This document shows, one piece after another, positions 20,501 to 31,474 of a stretch of DNA of 44,505 bases. The stretch's first letter is position 1; each line of letters opens with the position of its first letter. A model generated the notes under the pieces. That model saw nothing but the letters and a program-made list of their open reading frames with translations. It was not told the DNA's origin and ran no database searches. The position numbers and the translations under genes are program-made. Where the stretch lies: positions 1-44,505 of the forward strand of contig LJUC01000030.1 of assembly GCA_001303695.1 (NCBI GenBank), in the 5' to 3' direction. Origin of the DNA: Phycisphaerae bacterium SM23_30 (GTDB lineage Bacteria > Planctomycetota > Phycisphaerae > Sedimentisphaerales > SM23-30).

Positions 20501-21818
20501 TGCCTTCTATTAACACCGGTTCAAAGGCTTGAATACCCATGCGGTGCAAAGTAGGCGCCCGGTTCAACAAGACAGGGTGTTCGCGGATGACTTCCTCGAG
20601 GACATCCCAGACTTTATCTTCGCGGCGTTCGAGCATTTTTTTAGCACTTTTGATGGTGTCGGCCAAACCCAGTTCTTTAAGTCGCCGGATGATAAAGGGT
20701 TGATAAAGCTCCAGGGCAATACGCTTGGGCAGGCCGCATTGATGGAGATTGAGTTCGGGGCCGACGACAATCACCGAACGAGCGGAATAGTCAACACGCT
20801 TGCCAAGCAAATTTTCCCGGAAACGTCCCTGCTTACCTTTGATCATATCGGTAAGGCTTTTAAGGGGACGATTGCTGGAACCCAGGACGGGCCGACGGCA
20901 GCGGCCATTATCAAAGAGGGCGTCACAGGCCTGCTGCAGCATGCGTTTTTCGTTGCGAATAATAACTTCGGGGGCGTTCAGATCTACCAGTTTTTTCAAC
21001 CGGTTGTTGCGGTTGATGATCCGCCGGTAAAGATCATTAAGATCGCTGGTGGCGAAATTACCGCTTTCCAAGAGGACCAGAGGTCTTAGGTCCGGAGGGA
21101 TAACGGGCAAAACATCCATGACCATCCACTCGGCCTTGTTGTCGCTGAGCCGCAGCGATTCGACGATTTTCAGGCGTTTGCTGATGTCCTTGGCCTTTTG
21201 CTGGCTGTTGGTTTTACTCAAATCTTCGCGGAGCAAGGCCATTTCCCGTTCCAAATCAAGGGTGGCCAGGAGCGAACGAATGGCCTCGGCGCCCATTTCG
21301 GCCGTGAAGGTGTCGCCATATTTTTCCAGAGCCCGGCGATATTCTTCCTCCGTGAGCAATTGTTTGAGTTTTAAGGGCGTGTCACCGGAATCTGTGACAA
21401 TATAGTCCTGGAAATAAACAATTTTTTCGATGTCGGTGGTCTTCATGGCCAACAGGTTGGCCAGGCGGGAGGGCATGGCCTTGAAAAACCAGATATGAAC
21501 CACCGGGGCCGCCAGGTTAATATGGCCCATCCTTTTACGACGAACGCGGCTGTGGGTGACCTTTACCCCACAACGGTCACAGATAATGCCTTTATATTTG
21601 GTCCCTTTATACTTACCGCAGGCGCACTCCCAATCGCGTTCGGGACCAAAAATTCGTTCACAGAACAAACCGTCCTTTTCCGGTCGATAGGTACGGTAAT
21701 TGATGGTTTCGGGTTTGCGGACCTCCCCGAAAGACCAACTCCGAATATCATTGGGGCTGGCAAGGTTAATTTTTACCGAACCATAATCGTTGATACGGTC
21801 GTAAATCGACTCAATCAT
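17526..21818 (-). CDS. rpoC: RNA polymerase beta' subunit
   Basis: NADFDGD catalytic motif, N-terminal Zn finger and [12 protein letters not shown]; start taken at MIESIYD with GGAG upstream. Confidence 0.98.
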   Translation of the reverse strand: MIESIYDRINDYGSVKINLASPNDIRSWSFGEVRKPETINYRTYRPEKDGLFCERIFGPERDWECACGKYKGTKYKGIICDRCGVKVTHSRVRRKRMGHINLAAPVVHIWFFKAMPSRLANLLAMKTTDIEKIVYFQDYIVTDSGDTPLKLKQLLTEEEYRRALEKYGDTFTAEMGAEAIRSLLATLDLEREMALLREDLSKTNSQQKAKDISKRLKIVESLRLSDNKAEWMVMDVLPVIPPDLRPLVLLESGNFATSDLNDLYRRIINRNNRLKKLVDLNAPEVIIRNEKRMLQQACDALFDNGRCRRPVLGSSNRPLKSLTDMIKGKQGRFRENLLGKRVDYSARSVIVVGPELNLHQCGLPKRIALELYQPFIIRRLKELGLADTIKSAKKMLERREDKVWDVLEEVIREHPVLLNRAPTLHRMGIQAFEPVLIEGNAIKIHPLVCRGFNADFDGDQMAVHLPLSVEAQAEAHSLMMATNNIFSPANGSPIMSPSQDIVLGNYYITLIRPGQKGEGMVFSSPFEAILAYEHNKTTLHANIKLRLPKNKRAIGADDKFSEYGALVESSVGRCIFNDILPEGMPFYNFPLGSKGLSRVISDCFQYVGRSATIELLDQIKESGFKQATLAGLSICLTDLRIPSRKPEIIEKTQKRVDRIERNYQAGALTEGERYNQIIDAWTHARVEVTGEMMKELQEDTREGAPYLNPIFIMTESGARGKVDQIQQLCGMRALMAKPSGEIIETPIKANFREGLNVLEYFSSTHGARKGLADTALKTADSGYLTRKLADVAQNVIVTEHDCGTLQGISKSAIYKGEQVSIPLREIILGRTARDTIRNPINDKIIAAENEIITDTVARQIEKLGIDTIRVRGPMTCEANLGMCAQCYGVDLSSGRPVEEGMAVGIIAAQSIGEPGTQLTMRTFHTGGIAERDVMEHQTKTNVTGYVKYHELNAVEVTQPEQINQRIALKRHGEIIIVDNKNREMERYRVSYGAHILVTEGQTVSKGNVLCEWDPHRIPILSEVAGIVRCQDVEEGETIRTEIDPAGHRQKSMVIEHKGEKHPRIVIEDKQGTILDFHYLPAKAIIQVEEGQEIPAGALLALQPRAITGTQDITGGLPRVTEVFEARRPKEPAALAEISGRVELRSDKRRGKMTIIVRSESGLEIEHHVPHDKHLNVHTGDYVDAGEPLTDGPLVPHDILRIRGEEALQNYLLVEIQNVYRAQNVKINDKHVEVIVAQMLRKVKVENPGDTELLPGDVLDKFRFRATNQRISHSLKITDPGDSDLKVGAIITKEELDRINEPISAIGGDIAQGGKCRPATAATLLLGITKASLQSESFVSAASFQETTRVLTEASISGKEDRLLGLKENVILGHLIPAGTGFKPYMDIQVEHLAAPPTPPELETEELIKRKEKEIRAEAAIKEALGLTPEK

Positions 21819-21852
21819 TTCTGGTTCTCTCCTCAATTATTACCATTTAGGA

Positions 21853-24800
21853 TCAAATGATCCTCTTTTTCTCTAATTGGATGTTAAGACCCAGGCCGCG
21901 GATTTCGTTGCACAGTACGTCAAAGGATACCGGGGTTCCGGCTTCGAGGCAGTTGAGCCCTTTGACCATGGATTCATAAATTTTGGTGCGGCCTTCCACG
22001 TCGTCGCTTTTGACGGTCAATAATTCCTGGAGGATATACGCGGTGCCGTAGGCCTCCAGGCCCCACACTTCCATTTCCCCGAAGCGTTGGCCGCCGGTGC
22101 GTGCCTTGCCACCCAGAGGTTGCTGGGTGATCAAGCTGTAAGGTCCGGTGGCCCGGGCATGGATCTTGTCATCGACCAGGTGATGCAGTTTCATCAGGTA
22201 GATGTAGCCCACTGCTATACCCTGATCGAACGGTTCGCCCGTCCGTCCGTCATATACCGTAACTTTGCCTCCAAAAGGCATCTCCACAAACAACTGATCC
22301 GGTTGCGGGGCCAGCTTATTTTCTTCGACTTTTTGATTGACTTTATAAATTTCTTGATTTGCCTGATTCAACACATCATGGATGTCTTGTTCGATGGCGC
22401 CGTCGAAGACGGGGGAGATGGCCTGGAAGCCGAGGATTTTAGCGGCCCAGCCGAGGTGGGTTTCGAGGATTTGTCCGACGTTCATACGACTGGGTACGCC
22501 CAGGGGATTTAGCAGTACGTCCAAAGAGGTACCATCTTCCAGGAAGGGCATATCCTCTTCGGGCAGGATACGGGCGATAACGCCCTTGTTGCCGTGACGG
22601 CCGGCCATTTTATCACCGACGGCCAGACGGCGTTTGGTGGCGATATAGACCTTGACCATTTCCAGAACGCCGGACGGCAGTTCGTCACCGCGTTTCATCT
22701 GCTGTAACTTGCGTTGTTTTTCTTCCTGGAGTTCCCGGATCCGGGTCCAGAAGGGCTCCATGATATTCAGGGCGTCTTTACGCTTAACGGCAGGTTTGAT
22801 CCAGGTTTCCACGAAGCTATCCACCTGCTCCAGAATGACATCGTCGGAATCACTGACGCCCATTTTTTGCCGGGTGGCGGGGTCCACGACCACGATTTTG
22901 AGCTGCTCGGTGACCAGGCGGGACATTTGACGAAAGACCGTGGAGATTTTATGGTCCATTTTCTGACTGTATCGCCTCATGGCGGCGTTATGGGCTTTAC
23001 GCTGTTCATCACTCATATACATCCGCCGAGAGAAGCGTTTGGTGTCGATAACAATGCCTTCCTGGCCGCTAGGGACTTCTAAAGAATCGTTTTTAACGTC
23101 CTCCCCGGCCCGACCGAAAATGGCATAGAGTAATTTTTCTTCCGGGGAAAGTTCGCTTTTACTCTTTGGAGAAACCTTACCCACCAGAATATCTCCGGGT
23201 TTGACGTAAGTGCCGACGCAAACGACGCCCCCTTCATCAAGACTGGCCAAGGCCTTTTCCGAAACATTGGGAATATCGCGGGTGAATTCTTCGCGTCCCA
23301 GTTTGGTCTCGCGGATTTCAATTTCATATTCCTCGATATGAATACTGGTGTAGATGTCGTCTTTGACCAGTTTTTCACTGATGAGGATGGCATCTTCAAA
23401 GTTATAGCCGTCAAACATCATAAAACCGACCAGGACGTTGCGGCCCAGGGCCAATTCTCCCTGACAGGTGGCGGCGCCGTCGGCAATGACATCACCTTCT
23501 TTAACGGTTTGACCGACCTTTACGATGGGTTTCTGGTTCAAACAGGTGCGTTCGTTGAGACCGACGAACTTGCGTAAAACATATTCATCCGCCTCGTCGA
23601 TAACAATTCTGAGAGAATCCACATAAGTTACTTTACCGCTGCGGCGGGCCCGGATGACCATGCTGCTGTTCTGGGCGACCATTTTCTCCATACCGGTAGC
23701 CACCATGGGCGGCTCGGTCTGTAAGAGAGGGACGGCCTGGCGCTGCATGTTAGAACCCATCAAAGCGCGGTTGGCATCGTCGTGCTCCAAAAAGGGGATC
23801 AAAGCGGCCGAAACCCCCACGGTCTGCCGGGAAGCCACATCAACAAACTGGACCTCGGAACTATCCACCTGGGAAAGATCACCGTCAACCCGGGCTAAGA
23901 CCATACCTTTTTTTAGTTTTTTGCCGCCCGGCTCCAGGGCATCGGTGGGGGCCAGTACTGCTTCCAACTCCTGGTCGGCGCGGAGATTAACAATCTCGGT
24001 AACCTTTCCTTTTTCCACTTTTCGATAAGGCGTAACTAAAAAGCCATATTCGTCCACGCCGGCATAGATACTCAACGAAGAGATTAGTCCGATATTGGTG
24101 CCTTCGGGAGTTTCGATGGGACAGATTCGGCCATAGTGGCTGATATGCACATCGCGGACCTCGAAACCAGCGCGTTTTCTGTTAAGGCCGCCCGGGCCCA
24201 AGGCCGAGAGGCGCCGCTCATGGGTCAACTGACTCAGGGGGTTGGTCTGATCCACCACCTGGCTCAATTCCCCCCGACCAAAAAAGAAATCGATGCTGCT
24301 GCTGATACTTTTGCTGTTGACCAGCTCGGCAATACGACCCAATTGTTCCGGATCTTTAATACTCATACGTTCCTGCACCGAACGCCGGAGCTTGAGAAAA
24401 CCCTTACGTAATTCGTCGATCGACAATTCATCAATGGTGCGTAGCCGACGATTCCCCAGATGATCAATGTCATCAACATGGCCCTCACCATTACGCAAAG
24501 CGACAAGATACTTCAGAGAGTTAAGAAAGTCCGCCGGCCGAAGGGTCATCTCGTCTTCAGCAAAATTCTGCCCAAACTTTCGATTCAAACGAAAGCGACC
24601 CACACGACCCAAACGGTAGCGATTGGCATCATAAAACTTTTCCTGGAAAAGCGTTTTGGCCTTATCCAGCTGAGCGGGATTGCCGGGACGCAGGCGGGTG
24701 TAAATGCGGAGCAGGGCCTGCTCATGGTCCACGCAGGCGTCCTCGGCCAAAGAGTTGAAAATAATCGGATCGGCGACTTTTTCGACGACTTCGACCTTTT

Positions 24801-25593
24801 TCAGGCTGGACTGCTGGATTCTCACCAAGGCTTCCCCGATCTGGCAGCCGGCCTTGACCAGCACCTCTCCGGTTTCTTTGTCAACGACAGGCCCTACCGC
24901 CCACATTTCCGGTTTAAGGTTATCCACCGCGATTTTTTTTGTGGGATAGAACTCGCGGACGATAGCCTCGGTGGAACTGAAGCGTTCATCCATGGCCCTC
25001 AGGAAAGTAGTGGCGCTGAGTTTGGCGGATTGGTCGATACGAACGACTATAATTTCCTTTTTGGTGACGCTAATCTCGATCCAACTGCCCCGTTCCGGAA
25101 TGATTCGGCACCCATGCAGGGGTCGGTCGCTCTCCTGCGATTCAATGACGAAATCGACGCCGGGGCTGCGGTGCAATTGATTAACGATAACCCTTTCGGC
25201 GCCGTTAATAATGAACTCGCCGCCGCCGATCATGAGAGGCAGCTCACCCAGATAAACGCTGTCCTCCATGATTTCGCCTTTATCTTTGCGAATCAGCCGA
25301 CAGCGAATGCGGAAAGGCACTCCGTAGGTCAGCCGTAAATGGCGGCATTCGTCCGGGGTATAACGAGGTTTGCCTAACTCATAATTGAGATACTCCAGTT
25401 GCAGGTTTTCGTCATAACTGATAATAGGAAATATTTCCTTGAGCAAGGCTTCCAAACCTATATTTTCACGTTCTGCGGGCAGGATATTCGCCTGCAGCAG
25501 CCGTTCATAACTAACCCGTTGCAGTTGGCTCAAGTCCGGTATCTTAATGGCTTCGGAGGCATTACCAAAGGAGCGAGTTTCTTTGAAATACAT
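21853..25593 (-). CDS. rpoB: RNA polymerase beta subunit
   Basis: [23 protein letters not shown] and GGQRFGEME. Confidence 0.98.
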   Translation of the reverse strand: MYFKETRSFGNASEAIKIPDLSQLQRVSYERLLQANILPAERENIGLEALLKEIFPIISYDENLQLEYLNYELGKPRYTPDECRHLRLTYGVPFRIRCRLIRKDKGEIMEDSVYLGELPLMIGGGEFIINGAERVIVNQLHRSPGVDFVIESQESDRPLHGCRIIPERGSWIEISVTKKEIIVVRIDQSAKLSATTFLRAMDERFSSTEAIVREFYPTKKIAVDNLKPEMWAVGPVVDKETGEVLVKAGCQIGEALVRIQQSSLKKVEVVEKVADPIIFNSLAEDACVDHEQALLRIYTRLRPGNPAQLDKAKTLFQEKFYDANRYRLGRVGRFRLNRKFGQNFAEDEMTLRPADFLNSLKYLVALRNGEGHVDDIDHLGNRRLRTIDELSIDELRKGFLKLRRSVQERMSIKDPEQLGRIAELVNSKSISSSIDFFFGRGELSQVVDQTNPLSQLTHERRLSALGPGGLNRKRAGFEVRDVHISHYGRICPIETPEGTNIGLISSLSIYAGVDEYGFLVTPYRKVEKGKVTEIVNLRADQELEAVLAPTDALEPGGKKLKKGMVLARVDGDLSQVDSSEVQFVDVASRQTVGVSAALIPFLEHDDANRALMGSNMQRQAVPLLQTEPPMVATGMEKMVAQNSSMVIRARRSGKVTYVDSLRIVIDEADEYVLRKFVGLNERTCLNQKPIVKVGQTVKEGDVIADGAATCQGELALGRNVLVGFMMFDGYNFEDAILISEKLVKDDIYTSIHIEEYEIEIRETKLGREEFTRDIPNVSEKALASLDEGGVVCVGTYVKPGDILVGKVSPKSKSELSPEEKLLYAIFGRAGEDVKNDSLEVPSGQEGIVIDTKRFSRRMYMSDEQRKAHNAAMRRYSQKMDHKISTVFRQMSRLVTEQLKIVVVDPATRQKMGVSDSDDVILEQVDSFVETWIKPAVKRKDALNIMEPFWTRIRELQEEKQRKLQQMKRGDELPSGVLEMVKVYIATKRRLAVGDKMAGRHGNKGVIARILPEEDMPFLEDGTSLDVLLNPLGVPSRMNVGQILETHLGWAAKILGFQAISPVFDGAIEQDIHDVLNQANQEIYKVNQKVEENKLAPQPDQLFVEMPFGGKVTVYDGRTGEPFDQGIAVGYIYLMKLHHLVDDKIHARATGPYSLITQQPLGGKARTGGQRFGEMEVWGLEAYGTAYILQELLTVKSDDVEGRTKIYESMVKGLNCLEAGTPVSFDVLCNEIRGLGLNIQLEKKRII

Positions 25594-25620
25594 ATTAGTT
25601 TCCTCGCAATATAAAAAACT

Positions 25621-26007
25621 TTACTTAACCTCGACAGTAGCACCTACTTCTTCCAAGGCTTTGGCGATTTTTTCCGCATCTTCTTTATTTAAACCTTCTT
25701 TGACGGGCTTGGGGGCGGATTCCACCAGCTCCTTGGCCTCTTTAAGCCCCAACCCGGTGGCGGCCCGTACTTCCTTGATGACCTTGATCTTCTGATCGCC
25801 GACGACCTTTAAGATGACGTCGAAGGCGGTCTTTTCCTCTTCGGCGGCGGCTTCGGCGGCGCCCGGGACGCCCGGGACGGCGGCAACTACCGCGGCGCCG
25901 GCGGCGGGAGCGATACCATGTACCTCCTTGAGATAATCGCTTAATTCCTGGGCCTTCAAAAGGGTCAAGCCCACAATTGTATCGCCTAGCTGTTTGATTT
26001 CGTCGCT
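25621..26007 (-). CDS. rplL: 50S ribosomal protein L7/L12 (start codon unresolved)
   Basis: [24 protein letters not shown]; the L12-like N-terminus [15 protein letters not shown] extends upstream of the GTG at 25974 with no ATG/GTG/TTG. Confidence 0.93.
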   Translation of the reverse strand, partial: SDEIKQLGDTIVGLTLLKAQELSDYLKEVHGIAPAAGAAVVAAVPGVPGAAEAAAEEEKTAFDVILKVVGDQKIKVIKEVRAATGLGLKEAKELVESAPKPVKEGLNKEDAEKIAKALEEVGATVEVK

Positions 26008-26051
26008 ATAAGTTTTCTCCGCGTTATTTGCTTAGTTATTGCTATAAGCGG

Positions 26052-26579
26052 CTAAGCGGCATCGGCGCTGTGTTCATCGATCAGCGCCTTAATGCAACCG
26101 GCGACCAGGCCGGCGGGACTAATAATGGCGGCGGCGACCTTACTGCCCGGAGAGGTCATTTGCCTGACCACAATGCCGCTAAGTTCCCGACGGTTAGGCA
26201 TCTTTGATAGATCTTTGGCCGCCAGGGAGTCCAGGATTTTGCCTTCGAGGTAACCGCCTTTGATTTCCAACGGTTCCAGTTTTTCACTCCATCCCACCAG
26301 CGCCTTGGCTACATCCACGATACTATCACCGCCATAGGCTATAGCACAAGGTCCGGTGAGAAGCTGTCCCATGGCGTCCATGCCCAAGTCTCGAAAAGCC
26401 CGACCGGCCAGGGAATTTTTAACCACGTTAATATTTATTTGCTTTTTCAGCAAATCACCCCGTAATTGGTTGTTTTCCACTCCTTTGAGACCTCGAATAG
26501 AAACCACCAGGCAGTCGTGGACGTTTTCCCAGCGAGATTTTAGCTCTTGTTGCATTAACGTTTTTATCTTTTTACTCAT
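26052..26579 (-). CDS. rplJ: 50S ribosomal protein L10
   Basis: VVKNSLA, LTGPCAIA and IKGGYLEG; lies between rplA and rplL. Confidence 0.95.
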   Translation of the reverse strand: MSKKIKTLMQQELKSRWENVHDCLVVSIRGLKGVENNQLRGDLLKKQININVVKNSLAGRAFRDLGMDAMGQLLTGPCAIAYGGDSIVDVAKALVGWSEKLEPLEIKGGYLEGKILDSLAAKDLSKMPNRRELSGIVVRQMTSPGSKVAAAIISPAGLVAGCIKALIDEHSADAA

Positions 26580-26604
26580 ATTGGCCTCTTAATCATCATA
26601 GACG

Positions 26605-27285
26605 TTACGAGATATCCACCTGCACGGACGGGCTCATCGTAGCACAAATACAGATCTTTTTAACGTATGTGCCTTTGGCGGCGGAAGGTTTCAGGCGCCT
26701 GATATAACCGACAAAAGCCTCGATGTTTTCGACCAATTTCGGGGGGTCGAAACTGAGTTTACCCACCAAGGCATGCACGTTGCCGCCGCTGTCATTGCGA
26801 AACTCAACCTTGCCGGCGGCATAATCCTTAACGGCCCCGACCACCTCGGGCGTAACGGTACCGCTTTTAGGGGAAGGCATTTTGCCCTGAGGCCCTAAGA
26901 TGCGGCCCAGTTTGCCGACTTTGCTCATCATCCGCGGGTGGGCGACCGCCACGTCGAAATCCAGCCAACCGCCTTGCACTTTTTCCACCAGTTCATCAGC
27001 GCCGGCCTCGACCGCCCCGGCGGCGCGGGCCTGGTCGGCATCGTCACCTTCGCAAAAGGCAATAACGCGCAGGGTTTTGCCGATACCATGGGGCAGGGAA
27101 ACTGCCCCCCGAACCGTTTGTTCGGCGTGTCGGGTGTCGATGCCTAACTGGACCACGCATTCAACCGATTGATCGAACCCAGCGGTGGCCCACTGCTTAA
27201 CCTTGTCAACTGCTTCGGTTAGGGGTAAGGGTTTGCTGTCGGCCTGGTCGGCAAGCTTTTTATAGCGCTTACTTCGAAAACGCAT
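26605..27285 (-). CDS. rplA: 50S ribosomal protein L1
   Basis: VRGAVSLPHGIGK and LGRILGPQGKMPSPKSGTV. Confidence 0.98.
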   Translation of the reverse strand: MRFRSKRYKKLADQADSKPLPLTEAVDKVKQWATAGFDQSVECVVQLGIDTRHAEQTVRGAVSLPHGIGKTLRVIAFCEGDDADQARAAGAVEAGADELVEKVQGGWLDFDVAVAHPRMMSKVGKLGRILGPQGKMPSPKSGTVTPEVVGAVKDYAAGKVEFRNDSGGNVHALVGKLSFDPPKLVENIEAFVGYIRRLKPSAAKGTYVKKICICATMSPSVQVDIS

Positions 27286-27500
27286 TTTTCACCTCGCAAG
27301 TATCTGCTCGCTCCCACTGTTACCGGCCGTGGTGCGCCGTTTTAAATCTTTATTTTAAGAGGGCCAAAAGCACCTGTCTAGTTTTCCTGTTATTTTCCCC
27401 CGTCCCTTTTATATCTTACTTATTGCTTACTTTAAGGGGCATTCTATGCTCCATATGGCGTCTGTTTTTCACGATAACCTTGCCGAGAAGACCAGCGGCT

Positions 27501-27935
27501 TCAATCGGTTATCTCCACTCCCATGCTGCGGGCGGTGCCTTCGATGATCTTAACGGCATGCTCCATGGAAAAAGCGTTCAGATCGTCAAACTTGGTTTTA
27601 GCAATCGATTCGATCTGCTGCCGCGTAACCGAACCCACCTTTTCCCTGTTGGGAACGCCGCTGCCTTTAGCTATGCCGACGGTCTGTTTCAGCAGTTCGG
27701 CAGCCGGGGGACTTTTGCAGACAAATTCAAAAGTCTTGTCCTGGTAAACCGTGATCACCACGGGGATAATGGTGCCGTTATATTCCTTAGTACGTTCGTT
27801 AAACTGTGAGACAAACTGACCGATATTGACGCCATGCTGACCTAGAGCGGGCCCTATGGGAGGAGCCGGGGTGGCCTGACCGCCCGGGGCCTGCAACTTA
27901 ATCTGCGCTATAATTTCTTTACCTTTTTTCGCCAT
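27501..27935 (-). CDS. rplK: 50S ribosomal protein L11
   Basis: [18 protein letters not shown] and IEGTARSMG. Confidence 0.98.
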   Translation of the reverse strand: MAKKGKEIIAQIKLQAPGGQATPAPPIGPALGQHGVNIGQFVSQFNERTKEYNGTIIPVVITVYQDKTFEFVCKSPPAAELLKQTVGIAKGSGVPNREKVGSVTRQQIESIAKTKFDDLNAFSMEHAVKIIEGTARSMGVEITD

Positions 27936-28014
27936 ATTGATTTTTGCGTCTTACAAAAAGATTACGTTACACAAGTAAATTTATAAAAACATAGTTTTTT
28001 GGGTCGGGAGCTAT

Positions 28015-28578
28015 TTAAAGTTTTTCTAATTGCCAATATTCGATGTCCAAAGGGGTTGCCCGGCCAAAAATAGTAACGATGACCCTGACGGTTCCCTTTT
28101 CGGAGTCGATGTCCTCGATGTCGCCTTCAAAACCTTCAAACGATCCGCCCTTGATTTTGATGCGGTCGCCTCTTTTGAATTCCATTTGGATGGAAGGCGT
28201 TTCTTCGGGTCTTTCGGCTTGATTAAGCATCTTGGCAACTTCGACATCGCTCATAGGCGAGGGTTTACCTTCGGTGCCGATAAAATCTCCCACGCCGGTG
28301 GTCTCTTTAATGATAAACCAGGATTCCTCCTGCACATTGCCGTCATCGGTGGGGGCCATTTCTACGAAAACATATCCCGGGTAGAGTTTCCGCTCATAAA
28401 CGCGCTGTTGGCCCCCGCGGACCCGTTTGACCTTTTCGGTGGGCACGAGGATGCGTCCGATCTGTTGGTGCAGTCCTTCGATTTCCACTTTCCGGGCCAG
28501 AGCTTCACGAACCTGCTCTTCCCGGTTGGAGGCCACCCGCAGCACGTACCAACGTTTTGTCGTCTCGGCTTCAGTCAC
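28015..28578 (-). CDS. nusG: transcription termination/antitermination factor NusG
   Basis: WYVL, YPGYVFVEM, KOW motif and IFGRATP; GTG start with AGGAG. Confidence 0.97.
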   Translation of the reverse strand: MTEAETTKRWYVLRVASNREEQVREALARKVEIEGLHQQIGRILVPTEKVKRVRGGQQRVYERKLYPGYVFVEMAPTDDGNVQEESWFIIKETTGVGDFIGTEGKPSPMSDVEVAKMLNQAERPEETPSIQMEFKRGDRIKIKGGSFEGFEGDIEDIDSEKGTVRVIVTIFGRATPLDIEYWQLEKL

Positions 28579-28587
28579 CCTACTCCT

Positions 28588-29022
28588 CTATGACAAACTA
28601 AATACCTTTAAAACCCCAATCTCATATAACAAGAAACTAAAAACTACATCTACGACCATCAGCAGGATCGCCATAATAATAACGGTGATAATCACCACGA
28701 TCGTCGAGGAGACAATTTCCTTGCGGCTTGACCAGGAGACCTTTTTCATCTCCCCTTCGGTGGCGATCATAAAATCGGCGCAACGTGGGGAATTGACCAT
28801 TTTCAGGATCACCCACGCCAGAATCAAAAACACCAGCGCCGGCACCCCGGCTCGCAGCCAGGTTTTTATGGCGGGCGTTATCAAACTTTCCTGGCTGGCT
28901 CCGATAGCGTCCAACTTATCGTAGAGACGATAACAGCCTAAAGCGGTTAGGATGCCGGCCGCGATGGCCGAGCATAAGCGGGTATAATAACCTTGGCCTT
29001 TCTTGTAAAATTCTAACCCCAT
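28588..29022 (-). CDS. secE: preprotein translocase SecE (long, 3-TM type)
   Basis: EGEMKKVSWSSRKE plus C-terminal TM; start at MGLEFYKKGQG; the ORF-track extension overlaps the tRNA. Confidence 0.93.
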   Translation of the reverse strand: MGLEFYKKGQGYYTRLCSAIAAGILTALGCYRLYDKLDAIGASQESLITPAIKTWLRAGVPALVFLILAWVILKMVNSPRCADFMIATEGEMKKVSWSSRKEIVSSTIVVIITVIIMAILLMVVDVVFSFLLYEIGVLKVFSLS

Positions 29023-29040
29023 ATATAACTTACTCCTCAA

Positions 29041-29114
<74 letters not shown>

Positions 29115-29138
29115 GGGCGTTTTCTTCGATTTTTTCGC

Positions 29139-29306
29139 TTATTTTTTACGCAACTTGTGTAGGGTTCTTTTACGCTGGCGCTTGCAAAATTTTTTCAATT
29201 CCAGCTTCGGCACCCCCCCCATGGTATTAACTTCCGTACGGTAGTTGCGGTCTCCGCACTCTTTACATTCCATCCAGAAATATTCTCGTTTGGTTTTTTT
29301 TGCCAT
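29139..29306 (-). CDS. rpmG: 50S ribosomal protein L33 (not in ORF track)
   Basis: Hand translation MAKKTKREYFWMECKECGDRNYRTEVNTMGGVPKLELKKFCKRQRKRTLHKLRKK*; tuf-rpmG-tRNA-Trp-secE synteny. Confidence 0.94.
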   Translation of the reverse strand: MAKKTKREYFWMECKECGDRNYRTEVNTMGGVPKLELKKFCKRQRKRTLHKLRKK

Positions 29307-29480
29307 GGTCTCTCTTTCAACAGGGACCTACCAAAAAACTACTACCTCTACTGAAACCAGGATCATCTCCGGTAAATCATCGGGCCCCACACTTGTTCTG
29401 ATAACCAGGTTTTTTCTATGTTTCCAAGCTCGGCGTCACAGTGTAATCAATTATGCTGAGCCGCGCCTGCTGGTTTGATG

Positions 29481-30686
29481 TCATTCGATTATCTTGGTCA
29501 CGACGCCGGCACCGACGGTGCGGCCGCCTTCCCGCACGGCAAAACGCAATCCCTCTTCCATGGCAATCGGATAAATAATTTCCACTTCTACCGTGATGTG
29601 ATCGCCGGGCATACACATTTCCGCCTCGCCCAGAAGCTTCAAACCGCCCGTCACGTCTGTGGTACGGAAATAAAACTGGGGTCGATAGCCGGTGAAGAAA
29701 GGTGAGTGACGACCGCCTTCTTCTTTGGTCAGCACATAGATATCACCCTCAAATTTAGTGTGCGGGGTAATACTGCCGGGCTGGGCCAAAACCTGACCCC
29801 GCTCCAGTTCATCCTTTTCTATGCCTCGTAGCAGGCAACCGACATTGTCGCCGGCCTGACCGAAATCCAGGGTCTTGTTGAACATTTCGACTCCGGTGAC
29901 AACGGTTTTGCGGGTGTCGCCCAGGCCGACGATCTCCACCTCATCGCCTACCTTGATTTTGCCCCTTTCAATACGACCGGTGCCCACCGTGCCTCGACCC
30001 TTAATAGAAAAGACGTCCTCCACGGGCATCAGGAAAGTTTTTTCGGTATCGCGGATGGGCTCGGGAATATGTTCATCAATCGCATCGAGCAGTTCTTGGA
30101 TGCATTTGGTTTTTTCCGGGTCTTCCGGATTGTTCATTGCCTCGCTGGCCGAACCTTGAATAACCGGGATATTGTCACCGTCAAATTCGTAAGTGGTCAA
30201 CAATTCCCGCACTTCCAACTCCACCAACTCCAACAGATCGGGATCATCGACCAGGTCAACCTTATTTAAAAAAACGACCAGGGCAGGTACATTTACCTGT
30301 CGGGCCAGCAGTACATGCTCCCGGGTCTGGGGCATGGGACCATCAGCCGCCGAGACTACCAGGATGGCGCCATCCATCTGAGCAGCGCCGGTGATCATGT
30401 TTTTGATGTAATCTGCATGACCGGGGCAGTCGATGTGGGCATAGTGACGTTTTTCTGTTTCGTATTCCTGGTGACTGGTGGCAATGGTCAGGATCTTGGT
30501 GGCGTCCCGACGACCCTGGGATTCCGAAGCTTTGGCGACTTCGTCATAGGTTCTCGGCTTGGAAAGGCCCTTAATTGCCTGTACCAAGGTAATAGCCGAG
30601 GTCAAGGCCGTCTTGCCATGATCAATATGTCCAATCGTACCGACGTTTACGTGAGGTTTGGTTCGCTGAAAAACCTCCTTAGCCAT
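29481..30686 (-). CDS. tuf: elongation factor Tu
   Basis: [33 protein letters not shown] and REGGRTVG. Confidence 0.98.
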   Translation of the reverse strand: MAKEVFQRTKPHVNVGTIGHIDHGKTALTSAITLVQAIKGLSKPRTYDEVAKASESQGRRDATKILTIATSHQEYETEKRHYAHIDCPGHADYIKNMITGAAQMDGAILVVSAADGPMPQTREHVLLARQVNVPALVVFLNKVDLVDDPDLLELVELEVRELLTTYEFDGDNIPVIQGSASEAMNNPEDPEKTKCIQELLDAIDEHIPEPIRDTEKTFLMPVEDVFSIKGRGTVGTGRIERGKIKVGDEVEIVGLGDTRKTVVTGVEMFNKTLDFGQAGDNVGCLLRGIEKDELERGQVLAQPGSITPHTKFEGDIYVLTKEEGGRHSPFFTGYRPQFYFRTTDVTGGLKLLGEAEMCMPGDHITVEVEIIYPIAMEEGLRFAVREGGRTVGAGVVTKIIE

Positions 30687-30811
30687 GTCTAATGTCCTCC
30701 TGTTTCACGGGTGGAGTCAATACTCATAATTTTATTAATATTTGTCTTTACCCAGGGTAAAAACCTAATCCTTACATAATTCTAAGCTGTTTGCTCAGCG
30801 AGCTTTAACAA

Positions 30812-30883
<72 letters not shown>

Positions 30884-31024
30884 AAGGGTCTCTTTCCCAC
30901 ATTACCCGAGCTGATAAGACTAAAACTCTGCCCAAGCTTGAACCAAACAAACCGCTTTTTATACCCAAAGATCAATTTGTCTGTTCTTTGGGATTTTTAT
31001 TATTTATCCGTTACCCGGATTATA

Positions 31025-31054
31025 AATTTACACTATCTCCGCAGAATCCGTCAA
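31025..31054 (-). promoter_or_regulatory. putative sigma70 promoter for tRNA-Thr/tuf
   Basis: TTGACG (31054-31049), N18, TAAATT (31030-31025); A/T tracts upstream could be an UP element. Confidence 0.45.
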
Positions 31055-31059
31055 GCTTA

Positions 31060-31470
31060 TAAACCTTGATTTGATAATGCCAAAGAAAAATTAAAAAAAT
31101 TAAATTTTTTTTGTAAAATCCTTTATATAGAGTTCCAAAAGCAATATTGCAAACAATTAGCTTATTATATATCATATATTTCACTATATTTCATAAATAT
31201 ATAATTTTATAGAGATATGTAATAATATCTTTATTTATGACTTAAAGCAATAGATTTACTCATATCCTTGAATCTTGTTTTGGGCCTACCAAAAAATTGA
31301 CAAAGAGCTTATTATAGTATCAAATTAGTTGATTTATAAAGCTATATGTTAAAAATACCCAAGATTTGATCCAGGCAGGCCCGCTGAAATTATTGAATTA
31401 TGTTTCTAATTTTGATAAGTTGGTGCTTCATAATAATGCAATTTTTATAAAATATCATAACAGGAGGTAT
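31060..31470. other. very AT-rich divergent intergenic region
   Basis: Abrupt compositional change between the housekeeping cluster and the plus-strand cluster; TTGACA at 31297 lacks a well-spaced -10. Confidence 0.6.
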
Positions 31471-31474
31471 CCCA

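Noticed and set aside
18588-25338. Long plus-strand ORFs (254 aa, 292 aa and others) opposite rpoBC and r-protein genes
   Set aside because: Typical antisense shadows of conserved GC-rich genes; no motifs
30884-31020. Expected tRNA-Tyr/tRNA-Gly upstream of tRNA-Thr
   Set aside because: No T-arm or cloverleaf could be found
31060-31470. AT-rich strand-switch region as a replication origin
   Set aside because: No TTATCCACA-type boxes and no dnaA/dnaN nearby; explained by divergent promoters
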